NCBI GenBank assembly: GCA_033762835.1
Contig: JANRLG010000117.1
Span: 2,201-66,200 of the forward strand
DNA length: 64,000 nt
Reading direction: 5' to 3'
DNA from: Thermoanaerobaculia bacterium
GTDB lineage: Bacteria; Acidobacteriota; Thermoanaerobaculia; Multivoradales; DATKCC01
Position 1 is the stretch's first letter; each line of letters opens with the position of its first letter. The notes under the pieces are model-generated. The model did not search any database. It worked only from the letters and a program-made list of their open reading frames with translations, and was not told the DNA's origin. Both the position numbers and the translations under genes were made by a program. Below are positions 1 through 9,689 of the stretch, piece by piece.

Positions 1-730
1 CCGGGCCACCGAGCGCTGGTCCGTGGAGCTCGGGGTGCGCCGCGACGAACACGACGCCTTCGGCGGGGAGACCACGGCCAAGTTCGGGGCTGCCGTGGTG
101 CTCGGGAACGTCCGCCTGCGCGGCAGCTGGGGCCAGGGCTTCCGGGCGCCGTCGCTCGGTGATCTGTACTTCCCCGGCTTCGGCAATCCCGACCTGCGAC
201 CGGAGACCAGCGAGAGCTTCGAGCTCGGCGGTGAGTTCGAGCGCGGCTCCTTCACCTACGGGCTGTCGCTCTTCGACAACCAGCAGGACGACCTGGTGGT
301 GTTCGACTTCGTGCGCGGCATTCCGATCAACGTCGGGCGCGCCGAAAGCCGCGGCGTCGAAACCGAGGCGCGGTTCACGCGCCCGCGGTGGTCCGTGCGC
401 CTGAACGGGACGTTCCAAGAGGCACAGAACCGCGACACCGGTGAGCCGCTGCTGCGCCGGCCGGAGCAAAGCGGCAACCTGATCGCGAGCTTCCGCGCCA
501 CGGAGCGGGTGACGGCCTACGGAGTCGTCCGCCACGTCGGCGCCCGGCCGGACTTCGGCGCCGAGCTGCCGAGCTTCACCACGCTGACCCTGGGTGCGGG
601 CTGGCAAGCCAGCGACCGGCTCGAGCCGTTCGCCCGGGTGGAGAACTTGCTCGACCGCGAGTACGAGGAAGTCGCGGGCTTCCCAGCGCCGGGCCGCACC
701 GTGGTCGGCGGCCTGGCGGTGAGGTTCTGA
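1..730 (+). CDS. TonB-dependent outer-membrane receptor, C-terminal part (BtuB-like); 5' end lies outside the window
   Basis: Barrel motifs SWGQGFRAPSLGDLY, GNPDLRPETS, ARVENLLDREYEEVAGFPAPGR, C-terminal Phe; upstream of a BtuF/D/C-like ABC set. Confidence 0.9.
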   Translation, partial: RATERWSVELGVRRDEHDAFGGETTAKFGAAVVLGNVRLRGSWGQGFRAPSLGDLYFPGFGNPDLRPETSESFELGGEFERGSFTYGLSLFDNQQDDLVVFDFVRGIPINVGRAESRGVETEARFTRPRWSVRLNGTFQEAQNRDTGEPLLRRPEQSGNLIASFRATERVTAYGVVRHVGARPDFGAELPSFTTLTLGAGWQASDRLEPFARVENLLDREYEEVAGFPAPGRTVVGGLAVRF

Positions 731-734
731 GGCC

Positions 735-1592
735 GTGACGCGCCGGGTGATCGGCCTGGTTTTGGGACTCGTCCTCGGGGCCTGCCGCCCGGAGGTCGCG
801 CCCGGAGCCCGGACGGACGCCCGGCGCATCCTCACCCTGGCTCCCAACTTGGCCGAGTTCGTCTTCGTGCTCGGCCACGGGGACCGCGTCGTCGGGGTCA
901 GCGACTACACCGCCTGGCCGCCGGAAGCCTCGGCATTGCCGCGGGTGGGCGGCCTGTTCAACCCCAATTTCGAGGCCATGGTGGCCTTGCGGCCGGATCT
1001 CGCATTGTTGCTGCCGAGCGAAGCGGACATCGGCGAGCGCCTGCGGCGGGTCGGCGTCGAGACCTTGACGCTCGAAGTCGAAAGCCTCGCCGACGTGGCC
1101 AGCACCTTCCGCACCGTCGGAGCCCGGCTCGGCGACGCCAGTGGCGGCGAGCATCAGGCGGCCGCCTTCGAAGCCGCTCTCGCCCCGCGCGATCTGCACC
1201 ACGATCGAGGCGCCGCCCCGCGAGTGCTGATCGTCGTGGGCCGGGAACCGGGCCGACTCGGCAAGCTCTACGTCGCCGGTCCCGGCACGGTCTACGACGA
1301 AATGCTCACCCGGCTCGGGGCCCGCAACGTCTTCGCCGATGCCCAGCCGCGCTACCCCGAGGTGGGGTTCGAGGAGATCCTCTCGCGCCGCCCCGAGGTC
1401 GTGCTCGAGCTGCGGGCCGACGCCCTCTCGGCCGCCCAGGAGGCCGAGCTCCTGTCCGACTGGCGGGCGTTCCCGAGCCTACCCGCGGTCGCCGCCGGGC
1501 GGGTGCGGGTGATCGCCGCGGACTACACGCTGGTGCCCGGTCCGCGGCTCAGCCGGCTCTACGACCGCCTGGCGGAGATCCTGGCGCCGTGA
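735..1592 (+). CDS. Cobalamin/Fe-siderophore ABC transporter substrate-binding lipoprotein (BtuF-like)
   Basis: Lipobox LGAC; LAPNLAE, VVGVSDY, PNFEAMVALRPDL, PGPRL motifs; GTG start. Confidence 0.88.
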   Translation: MTRRVIGLVLGLVLGACRPEVAPGARTDARRILTLAPNLAEFVFVLGHGDRVVGVSDYTAWPPEASALPRVGGLFNPNFEAMVALRPDLALLLPSEADIGERLRRVGVETLTLEVESLADVASTFRTVGARLGDASGGEHQAAAFEAALAPRDLHHDRGAAPRVLIVVGREPGRLGKLYVAGPGTVYDEMLTRLGARNVFADAQPRYPEVGFEEILSRRPEVVLELRADALSAAQEAELLSDWRAFPSLPAVAAGRVRVIAADYTLVPGPRLSRLYDRLAEILAP

Positions 1593-2371
1593 CCACGCTC
1601 CTGTCTGCTCGCGGCGTCGAAGGCTGGATCGGCGGGCGCGCCATTGTGGGGCCGCTGGATTTGAACGTCGCCGCGGGAGAGCACGTGGCCGTGGTGGGGC
1701 CGAACGGAGCCGGCAAGACGACGCTGTTGCGGCTCCTGGCGGGCCTCTTGCCGCCCAAGGCCGGCGCCTTGACGATTCACGATCGGCCCTACCGGTCCCT
1801 CGGTCGGCGCGAGCTTGCCCGGCGGGTCGCCTACGTGCCCCAACTGCGCCCCCTGTCCGTGCCACTGCTGGTCGAAGAAGTCGTCCTGCTCGGTCGTTAT
1901 CCGCACCTCGGGCGCTTCCAGCTAAGCCCCGCCCCGCGCGACTTCGAAGTCGTTTCCGAGGCTCTCGAGCGGGTCGAGATCGGCCATCTGCGGCGCCGGC
2001 GCGTCGGCGAGCTGTCGGGCGGCGAACGCCAGGCGGTGTACATCGCCGCCGCCCTGGCCCAGGAGGCCGAGGTGCTGGTGCTCGATGAACCCACGGCCCA
2101 CCTGGACCCGCGGCACCAGCGCGACGTGGCGTCGCTTCTGGCCCGGCTGCGGCGGGAATGTGGCCGGGCGGTGATCCTGGCCACCCACGATCTGAACCTG
2201 GCCTCGCTCGTGGCGGATCGGGTTGTGGCCGTGAAGGAGGGCCGGCTGCTAGCCGACGGTCCGCCCCGCGAGCTGCTCGCCCCGGGCGCCTTGACCCGGC
2301 TCTTCGACGCGCCCTTCGAGCTCGTGCGGGGAGGCGAGCGGCCGGTGACGCTGCTCGAGCTGACGCCGTGA
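1589..2371 (+). CDS. ABC transporter ATP-binding protein (BtuD/FepC-like)
   Basis: Walker A GPNGAGKT, LSGGERQ signature, LDEPT, H-loop THDL; GTGA overlap with upstream gene. Confidence 0.93.
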   Translation: MTTLLSARGVEGWIGGRAIVGPLDLNVAAGEHVAVVGPNGAGKTTLLRLLAGLLPPKAGALTIHDRPYRSLGRRELARRVAYVPQLRPLSVPLLVEEVVLLGRYPHLGRFQLSPAPRDFEVVSEALERVEIGHLRRRRVGELSGGERQAVYIAAALAQEAEVLVLDEPTAHLDPRHQRDVASLLARLRRECGRAVILATHDLNLASLVADRVVAVKEGRLLADGPPRELLAPGALTRLFDAPFELVRGGERPVTLLELTP

Positions 2372-3369
2372 CTCGCCGCCGCACCGCCCTCGTCCTGGGC
2401 TTGCTCGTTTTGCTCTGGCTCGCCACTGCGCTGGGTTTGCCCTTCGTCGGCTCCCACGACTACGGCCCCACCGCGCTCCTCGCCGGCGACCCGACGGCAG
2501 CGACGGTCATCGGCCAACTGCGTTTGCCGCGCGTGCTGCTCGGCCTGCTCGCGGGCTGGGTGTTGGCGGTCTCCGGGGCGACGTTCCAGACGCTCTTCCG
2601 CAATCCCCTGGCCGAGCCCTACACCCTGGGCGTGGCCGGCGGCGCCGCCCTGGGCGCGGTGCTGGCCATCCGGTTCGGCACGACCGGCGAGGGCCTGGTG
2701 GGCCTGACGCTGGTGGCCGGGGCGAGCTTCTTGGGTGCGCTCGTCGCGACCTTCCTCGTGGTTGGCTTGGGGGCCGGGCCACGCGGGCTCGACGGCGCGG
2801 GATTGCTACTCTCCGGCGTCGCGGTGTCCTTTTCGACCGGGGCGTTGATCCTCTTCGTCCAATACTTGGCGGATTCGACGCAGACCTTCCGCATGGTGCG
2901 CTGGATGATGGGCGGCCTGGCGATCGTGGGGTATCGGGAAGTGCTCTGGCTGCTGCCCTGGGCACTGCTGGGGACCTTGTGGCTGCTGTCCCGGCGCTGG
3001 GAGCTCAACCTGCTCCTGGTCGGCGACGAGCTTGCCGCGAGCCGGGGGGTCGATCTCGGGCGACTGCGGCTGGAGCTTCTGGTCGCCACCTCCTTGATGG
3101 TGGGCGCCATGGTCGCCGTCACCGGCCCCATCGGCTTCGTGGGACTGATGGTGCCCCACGCCCTGCGCCGGCTCGCCGGCCCTGATCACCTGCTCTTCCT
3201 GCCCGCCTGCGCCTTGGGGGGCGGCATCTTCCTGGCCGTGGCCGACGCCGGCGCGCGGGTGGTGCTCGCCCCGGCCGAGTTACCCGTGGGCGTGCTGACG
3301 GCCCTCCTCGGCGGGCCGTTCTTTTTCGCTTTGCTTCTGGTGCGGCGGCGGCGGGAAGGGGACGAGTAG
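2368..3369 (+). CDS. FecCD/BtuC family ABC permease
   Basis: LRLPRVLLG, FQTLFRNPLAEPYTLGV, GPIGFVGL, ELPVGVLTALLGGPFF; start reassigned to GTG 2368 (GTGA overlap) instead of track start 2158. Confidence 0.92.
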   Translation: MTRRRTALVLGLLVLLWLATALGLPFVGSHDYGPTALLAGDPTAATVIGQLRLPRVLLGLLAGWVLAVSGATFQTLFRNPLAEPYTLGVAGGAALGAVLAIRFGTTGEGLVGLTLVAGASFLGALVATFLVVGLGAGPRGLDGAGLLLSGVAVSFSTGALILFVQYLADSTQTFRMVRWMMGGLAIVGYREVLWLLPWALLGTLWLLSRRWELNLLLVGDELAASRGVDLGRLRLELLVATSLMVGAMVAVTGPIGFVGLMVPHALRRLAGPDHLLFLPACALGGGIFLAVADAGARVVLAPAELPVGVLTALLGGPFFFALLLVRRRREGDE

Positions 3370-3379
3370 AATCCCCGCC

Positions 3380-4150
3380 ATGTTCCTCTACCGCCTGGCT
3401 CCCGAGGGCTTCTACGCCGTCCGCGGCGGCGACGGAGTCGCCCGCATCCTTTATTCCGATCCCTATCGCACGCCGATCTCGGCCTGGGAGTACGGCCGTC
3501 GCGTCGATCTCGAGGCCGAGGGCACGCTGGTGCCCGTGGCCCCGGGCAAGGTCGTGGGCATTGGCCGCAACTATCGCGACCACGCCGCTGAGCTGGGCAA
3601 TCCCATGCCGGCGGAGCCGCTGATCTTCCTGAAGGCCACGAGCTCGGTGATCGGCCCCAACGTGCCCGTCGTGTTGCCCCCGGAGAGTTCCCGGGTGGAG
3701 TTCGAGGGCGAGATCGCCATCGTCCTCGGCCGGCGGCTGACTCGCGCCGATCGCCACGATGCCCGCGCCGGGATCCTCGGCATCACCGCGGCAAACGACG
3801 TCACCGCCCGGGACCTTCAGAAGAAGGACGCCACCTTCGCCCGCGGCAAGGGCTTCGACTCGTTTTGCCCGGTCGGCCCCGCGGTGTGGATCGGAGCCGA
3901 TCTCGACGATCTCGAAGTGGTGACCCGGGTCAACGGCGAAGAGCGCCAGCACGGCCACGTCCGCGACATGGCCTGGGGCCTCGTCGAACTGGTCGCCTAC
4001 GTGTCCCGCTTCATGACCCTAGAGCCCGGCGATCTGCTGTTGACCGGTACCCCCGCGGGCGTCGGCCAGCTTTCGGCGGGGGATACGGTGGAGGTCGAGA
4101 TCCCGGGGCTGGGGATGTTGGCAAACCCGGTGGAGACTCTCGTCGGGTAG
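3380..4150 (+). CDS. Fumarylacetoacetate hydrolase family protein
   Basis: GIGRNYRDHAAE, IFLK, EGEIAIV, NDVTARD, KGFDSFCPVGP, LTGTPAGVG. Confidence 0.93.
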   Translation: MFLYRLAPEGFYAVRGGDGVARILYSDPYRTPISAWEYGRRVDLEAEGTLVPVAPGKVVGIGRNYRDHAAELGNPMPAEPLIFLKATSSVIGPNVPVVLPPESSRVEFEGEIAIVLGRRLTRADRHDARAGILGITAANDVTARDLQKKDATFARGKGFDSFCPVGPAVWIGADLDDLEVVTRVNGEERQHGHVRDMAWGLVELVAYVSRFMTLEPGDLLLTGTPAGVGQLSAGDTVEVEIPGLGMLANPVETLVG

Positions 4151-4158
4151 CCGGCCGA

Positions 4159-4220
4159 GGGCAGGCACAGGGGCCTGCCCCTACACGTACGTTCGTAGGG
4201 GCGGCCCCCCGTGGCCGCCC
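4159..4220. repeat. Inverted doublet of 26-nt GTAG-type REP elements
   Basis: 4195-4220 GTAGGGGCGGCCCCCCGTGGCCGCCC; 4159-4184 is the reverse complement of GTAGGGGCAGGCCCCTGTGCCTGCCC; lies between convergent genes. Confidence 0.85.
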
Positions 4221-4228
4221 TCTTCGCC

Positions 4229-6382
4229 TCAATACGCCAACACCGCCCGCGCCGCCGACAGGACCTTCTCGGCGGTCGGCATCAGCAGCTGCTCCAGGCT
4301 CTTGGCATAGGGCACGGGCCGATCCTCGAAGGCCACGCGGCGCACCGGGGCGTCGAGCCAGGAGAAGGCGCGGTCGGCGATGCGGGCGACGATCTCGCCG
4401 CCGAAACCGCCGGTCAGCTGATCCTCGTGGACGACGACACAACGCCCGGTCTTCTTGACCGAGGCCAGCACGGTCTCCTCGTCGAAGGGCACCAGGCACC
4501 GCAAGTCCACGACTTCGCACTCGACGCCCTCGGTGGCCAGCGTCTCGGCGACTTCGAGACAGGTCCAGGTCGATACGCCGTACCCGACGAGGGTCAAGTG
4601 GTGGCCCTCGCGCGCGACGCGGGCCTCGCCGATCCGCCCCACTTCCTCGGCGCCCGGCAGAACGTCCTTGATGCGCCGGTACAGGTACTTCGGCTCGCAG
4701 AAGATGACCGGATTGGGGTCTCGGATGGCGGCCTTCATGAGCCGCTTGGCGTCCGCCGCGGAGGCCGGGCAAACGACCTTCAAGCCCGCCACGTGGGCGA
4801 ACCACCCCTCGGGGTTCTGGGAATGGAACGGCCCGGCGCCGACACCGCCGCCCGAGGGCAGACGGATGACGATCGGGCATGGCTTCTCGAAACGGTAGAA
4901 GAGCTTCGCCGCCACGTTGACGATCTGGTTGAAGCCGCAGGAAACGAAGTCGGCGAACTGCATCTCGACGACGGTTGGGAAACCCAACAGCGCCGCCCCG
5001 ATGGCGATCCCGACGGTGCCGCTCTCGGCGATCGGGGTGTCGAGCACGCGCGTGGGCCAACGGGCGTGAAGGCCCCGGGTGACGCGGAAGGCGCCCTCGA
5101 AAGTCCCGATGTCCTGGCCCATGAGGCGCAGATTCGGGTCGCGCTCGAGTTCTTCCCGCAGGGCTTCGTGGATGCCGTCGAGAAACGTCGCCTCGCCCTC
5201 GGCCTTGGCCACGGTGCCACCGGTGAAGGCGGCCATGGCAGTGGGTTCGGCTTCCCCTCCCGCGGCGGACTCTGCCTCTGCAACCTCGAGGACGGGCGCC
5301 GTCTCGAAGCCGACGCCCACGGGAGTGCCTTCGGGCGCCAGCGCCGGGCGGGTGGCGGTGGCCGCCACCGGCAAGGCGGCGGCCAGGGCCCGGTCAAGAG
5401 AGGTTTCGACCAGCTCCGTGATGCGCTCCTGGAGCTTGCCGGCGATCTCCGGGGTCAGCACGCCGTCCTCGGCCAAACGCCGCGCGTAGGCGGGCACCGG
5501 GTCCTGGGCCAGGTAGCCGTCGAGCTCGTCCTGGGGCACCACCTTGAGCGAGCCGTCGCCCTCGGCGTGGCCGCGCATGCGGCCCAGCATCGCCTCGAGC
5601 AACGTCGGCCCCTCACCCGCCCGCGCCCGTGTGAAGGCCCGCTCGTAGGCCGCCGCCATGGCGTCCGGGTCATTGCCGTCGACGACCTCGCTGGCGATGC
5701 CGTAGCCCGGCCCGCGGTCCGCCAATTGGGCCGCGGCGTACTGGAGCCGCGCGGGAGTCGAGAAGGCGTAGCGGTTGTTTTCGATCACCAGCACGAGCGG
5801 CAGCTTCCACACCGCGGCCATGTTGAGGCCCTCGTGGAAGTCGCCCGTGGAGGTGCCCCCCTCCCCGATGAAATTGACCGCTACACCGCCCTGGCCCTGC
5901 TCCTTGAGAGCGTAGGCGCAACCGGCGGCGACCGGTATCATGGACCCCAGGTGGCTGATCATGCCGACGTGGAGAATGCCTTCCTCGGGCGCCAAGTGGC
6001 CGTAGTGGAAGGAGCGCTCGACCCCGCGCGAAAAGCCGTCATCCCGGCCCAGCAGCTGAGCGCACAGGCGATAGAGGATCGCCTCCGGCTCCGGCCGCCG
6101 GCCGTCCGACTCCCCAAACCCGAGGCCCGGAAACGCCCGCGCCGGGTCCAAGTAGTGCGCGAGAATGGCGCCCAAGTCCCGGTGCAACGTGCACAACACG
6201 TCCCCCGGCCCCAGGGCCAATCCTGCCGGCACGGTGGTGGCCTCGTTGCCCACCTCGCTGTACCACTTCGAGACCCGACCGGTGAGCAGCAGTGATTCGA
6301 ACCGCGAGTCGAGGTCGCGGGTGAGTTTCAAGAAGGCGTAGCGTTGCAGGCGGTCTTGAGCCGCAGAAAGTGGCGTCGTCAT
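4229..6382 (-). CDS. Fused 2-oxoacid dehydrogenase E1 alpha+beta subunit (ThDP-dependent)
   Basis: ThDP motif GEGG...ENNRYA, RMRGHAEGD, beta-domain DTPIAESG, EMQFADF, GPFHSQ. Confidence 0.92.
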   Translation of the reverse strand: MTTPLSAAQDRLQRYAFLKLTRDLDSRFESLLLTGRVSKWYSEVGNEATTVPAGLALGPGDVLCTLHRDLGAILAHYLDPARAFPGLGFGESDGRRPEPEAILYRLCAQLLGRDDGFSRGVERSFHYGHLAPEEGILHVGMISHLGSMIPVAAGCAYALKEQGQGGVAVNFIGEGGTSTGDFHEGLNMAAVWKLPLVLVIENNRYAFSTPARLQYAAAQLADRGPGYGIASEVVDGNDPDAMAAAYERAFTRARAGEGPTLLEAMLGRMRGHAEGDGSLKVVPQDELDGYLAQDPVPAYARRLAEDGVLTPEIAGKLQERITELVETSLDRALAAALPVAATATRPALAPEGTPVGVGFETAPVLEVAEAESAAGGEAEPTAMAAFTGGTVAKAEGEATFLDGIHEALREELERDPNLRLMGQDIGTFEGAFRVTRGLHARWPTRVLDTPIAESGTVGIAIGAALLGFPTVVEMQFADFVSCGFNQIVNVAAKLFYRFEKPCPIVIRLPSGGGVGAGPFHSQNPEGWFAHVAGLKVVCPASAADAKRLMKAAIRDPNPVIFCEPKYLYRRIKDVLPGAEEVGRIGEARVAREGHHLTLVGYGVSTWTCLEVAETLATEGVECEVVDLRCLVPFDEETVLASVKKTGRCVVVHEDQLTGGFGGEIVARIADRAFSWLDAPVRRVAFEDRPVPYAKSLEQLLMPTAEKVLSAARAVLAY

Positions 6383-6468
6383 AGGGGCGGGAGTTTAAAC
6401 CAGGCGCCGGGGCGCCGAGCCAGAAGTCAGGGCTCGTCCCGGGCGTCGGACGGGCCAGCGGGCGCGGT

Positions 6469-6900
6469 TCAGCCGGAGCCAACCAACCTCACCCAAGGCA
6501 GCCGCGCCTCTACGCGCCGAACGAGCCGGGCGTCGGCGGTCCAGAATTCAGCTCCTTCGAGCTCGGAAGCGGCTAGATAGTGCGCGTCATAGGACGCTTT
6601 GAGGCCGAACTCTAGGGCTCGTTCCAGGGCCAGCGCGTCGAGGCGGGGCGAGGTCACGATTTCGATGTCGAAATCAGACAGGATGTTCTCGAGCGCGAAA
6701 CGCGCCTTCTCGGCTCCGAGTCGGCCCGCCACGACGTACCGATAAAGCGCGTTGGTGACCTCGAAGGTCAGCAGAGCCGGCGCGACAACCCGCCTTTCTT
6801 GCTCTCGCCATTGGAGCCACACGGCCTCGACCGCATCACTGGTTTCCTGTCGAACCAGCATGCGCACAAGGAAGCTCGCGTCAACGCAGCAAGGTGTCAA
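6469..6900 (-). CDS. vapC: VapC family PIN-domain toxin (start TTG 6900 or ATG 6918)
   Basis: VDASF, FEV, YDAHY, WTAD acidic PIN residues; overlaps the antitoxin 3' end. Confidence 0.88.
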   Translation of the reverse strand: MTPCCVDASFLVRMLVRQETSDAVEAVWLQWREQERRVVAPALLTFEVTNALYRYVVAGRLGAEKARFALENILSDFDIEIVTSPRLDALALERALEFGLKASYDAHYLAASELEGAEFWTADARLVRRVEARLPWVRLVGSG

Positions 6901-7192
6901 TTTGTTCGTTTCGTTCATCTCGGGCAGCGTCCAGAATCTCTTCCGGCGTCGGAAAGGTCTTGCCCACGTTCTGCCGCTCGATCTCCTCTCGGAAGCGGCG
7001 GGCAGCTTCAATGGCCCGACCTCGACGAGCGCCGCGGTCCGCTTTGCAAAGCGCCTCGTAACAAGCAATCGACATCAGGACGGCTGCCGGCCGACCGTTT
7101 TTCTCGACGACGAAAGTCTTGTCGTTCTCGGTGGCATCGCGAAGCAGCTCACCGAAGCGGACCCGGGCGGCGGTGGCGGTGATGGGTGACAT
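6881..7192 (-). CDS. Phd/YefM family antitoxin
   Basis: ITATAARVRFGELL...VVEKNGRPAAVLMS; RBS GAGGT; directly upstream of the PIN toxin. Confidence 0.88.
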   Translation of the reverse strand: MSPITATAARVRFGELLRDATENDKTFVVEKNGRPAAVLMSIACYEALCKADRGARRGRAIEAARRFREEIERQNVGKTFPTPEEILDAARDERNEQIDTLLR

Positions 7193-7205
7193 CTCGGTAC
7201 CTCAT

Positions 7206-7254
7206 TCATCGATCGATCCATCGACATGATGCCCGGTCTGTCGCCGCGGGTCAA
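7206..7254 (-). promoter_or_regulatory. sigma70-like promoter of TA operon 1 with TCGAT/ATCGA operator-like repeats
   Basis: Minus strand TTGACC (7254-7249), N17, CATCAT (7231-7226), then GTCGATGGATCGATCGATG. Confidence 0.6.
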
Positions 7255-7258
7255 TGCC

Positions 7259-8023
<765 letters not shown>

Positions 8024-8035
8024 GTCGAAGGTCCT

Positions 8036-9676
8036 CTACACCGCACTGCCGGCGTACCGCTGCCGGAGCCGGTTGCGCAGTTGGATCGCGACGAGATTGA
8101 GCAAGGTGACCGCGCCGATGAGCAGCAGCGCGGTGGCGAACACGAGGGGCTTGGTGGCGTCCACGTTGGGACTCTGAAAGCCGACGTCGAAAATGTGGAA
8201 GCCGAGGTGCATGAACTTCCGCTCGAGGTGGACGAAGGGGAACGTGCCGTCGACGGGCAACGCCGGCGCGAGCTTCACCATGCCCACGATCATGAGTGGA
8301 GCCACCTCACCGGCGGCCCGCGCCATGGCGAGAATGAGCCCGGTCAAAATGCCCGGGGCGGCGGCCGGGACGACCACTTTCCACGTCGTTTCCCACTTGG
8401 TGGCGCCGAGCGCGAGCGAGCCCTCGCGCACCACCCGCGGCACCGCGGCGAGCCCCTCCTCCGTCGCCACGATCACCACCGGCACGGTGAGCAGCGCAAG
8501 CGTCAAAGCCGCCCACAAAATGCCACCGGTACCGAAGGTCGGTGTCGGTAGCGCCTCGGGGTAGAAGAGCTGGTCGATCGAGCCGCCCACGAGATACACG
8601 AAGAAGCCGAGGCCGAAGACCCCAAAGACGATCGACGGCACGCCCGCCAGGTTGTTGACGGCGATGCGCACCGCCCGCACCACCGGCCCCTGCTTGGCAT
8701 ACTCGCGCAGGTAGAGCGCCGCGAGCACCCCGAGCGGCACCACCGCGATCGACATCAGGAAGACCATCATGACCGTGCCGAAAATGGCCGGGAAGATGCC
8801 GCCCTCGGTGTTCGCCTCGCGCGGTTCCCCCGAAACGAACTCCCAGATCCGGCCGAGGTAGAGCCGGATACCGCCCCAGGTGCCGAGTGTGTTCGGCTGG
8901 ATGGCGGAGACGATGGCGCCGACGGGGATCGTCTGCACGGTGCCGTCGGCCGCGGTCATCTCGAGCGTCTCGGCCATCAGCGTCTCCCGTTGCCGGAAGA
9001 GAGTGTCGGCGAGAGTTTGGTACTCGGCTTCCGCCTCGGCCGTGGCCGCCGCGACCGCGGCGAACCGGCCCGCCCTCTCGGCCTCGGACAAACCAAGGTC
9101 GAGCTCGGCCCGGCGCCGCTCGAGCCGCAGCCGGTCGATGCGGGTGTTGATGGCGCCGATGTCGCCCTTCTCGAGGTCTCGAATGTCGTCCCGCACCTTC
9201 TCCTTGGCCGCGAGCATCGGGCCGAGCGCGCGCCAGGACGCCTCGGCGCCGTCGGCGAGCACCGTCGATCCGGCCAACAAGCGGGCGGGGCGCCCGTAGA
9301 AATTGCCCCACTCGAGGCGCTCGAGCAGTACCACGTCGGCGGGCTCCGAGCGCTGGGCGATCTCGGATTCGTCGAGCCAGAGGAAATCCGCGCCGTTCAA
9401 GTCGCGGTTGCCGACTTTGACCTGTAGGCGGTAGCCCGACGAGCCCTCGGCGGCCCCCATCGCGCTCGGTCGGGGCTCGCGGGCGTGGACCTCGCCGAGC
9501 ACCTTGCGGCCGTCGGTCAGCTCGAACTGGGTGAGTGGCTTCTGCCAGAAGAAAGCGAAGCCCTGCCAGGCGATCAGGCCGAGCAAACTCAAGATCAGCA
9601 GCAGATTCAAAGCGAGCGCCCCACCGCACAGGGCGGTCAGGGAATCTCCGAGGAGCTCGCGGCGGGATTGGCTCAT
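8036..9676 (-). CDS. pstA: Phosphate ABC permease PstA with large periplasmic/coiled-coil insertion
   Basis: EPREANTEGGIFPAIFGT, NNLAGVPSIVFG, REGSLALGATKWET; 546 aa. Confidence 0.92.
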   Translation of the reverse strand: MSQSRRELLGDSLTALCGGALALNLLLILSLLGLIAWQGFAFFWQKPLTQFELTDGRKVLGEVHAREPRPSAMGAAEGSSGYRLQVKVGNRDLNGADFLWLDESEIAQRSEPADVVLLERLEWGNFYGRPARLLAGSTVLADGAEASWRALGPMLAAKEKVRDDIRDLEKGDIGAINTRIDRLRLERRRAELDLGLSEAERAGRFAAVAAATAEAEAEYQTLADTLFRQRETLMAETLEMTAADGTVQTIPVGAIVSAIQPNTLGTWGGIRLYLGRIWEFVSGEPREANTEGGIFPAIFGTVMMVFLMSIAVVPLGVLAALYLREYAKQGPVVRAVRIAVNNLAGVPSIVFGVFGLGFFVYLVGGSIDQLFYPEALPTPTFGTGGILWAALTLALLTVPVVIVATEEGLAAVPRVVREGSLALGATKWETTWKVVVPAAAPGILTGLILAMARAAGEVAPLMIVGMVKLAPALPVDGTFPFVHLERKFMHLGFHIFDVGFQSPNVDATKPLVFATALLLIGAVTLLNLVAIQLRNRLRQRYAGSAV

Positions 9677-9689
9677 GGGTTCCTCGGCC

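Noticed and set aside
1-730. Cobalamin riboswitch for the btu-like operon
   Set aside because: It would lie upstream of the receptor start, outside the window; B12 versus siderophore specificity is unconfirmed
4211-6295. 694-aa plus-strand ORF, and similar long ORFs at 7226-8551, 9504-11978, 19248-20975, 32061-34358, 37199-38989, 39712-41124, 50078-51622
   Set aside because: Antisense or alternate-frame shadows of well-supported genes, as expected at high GC; no motifs
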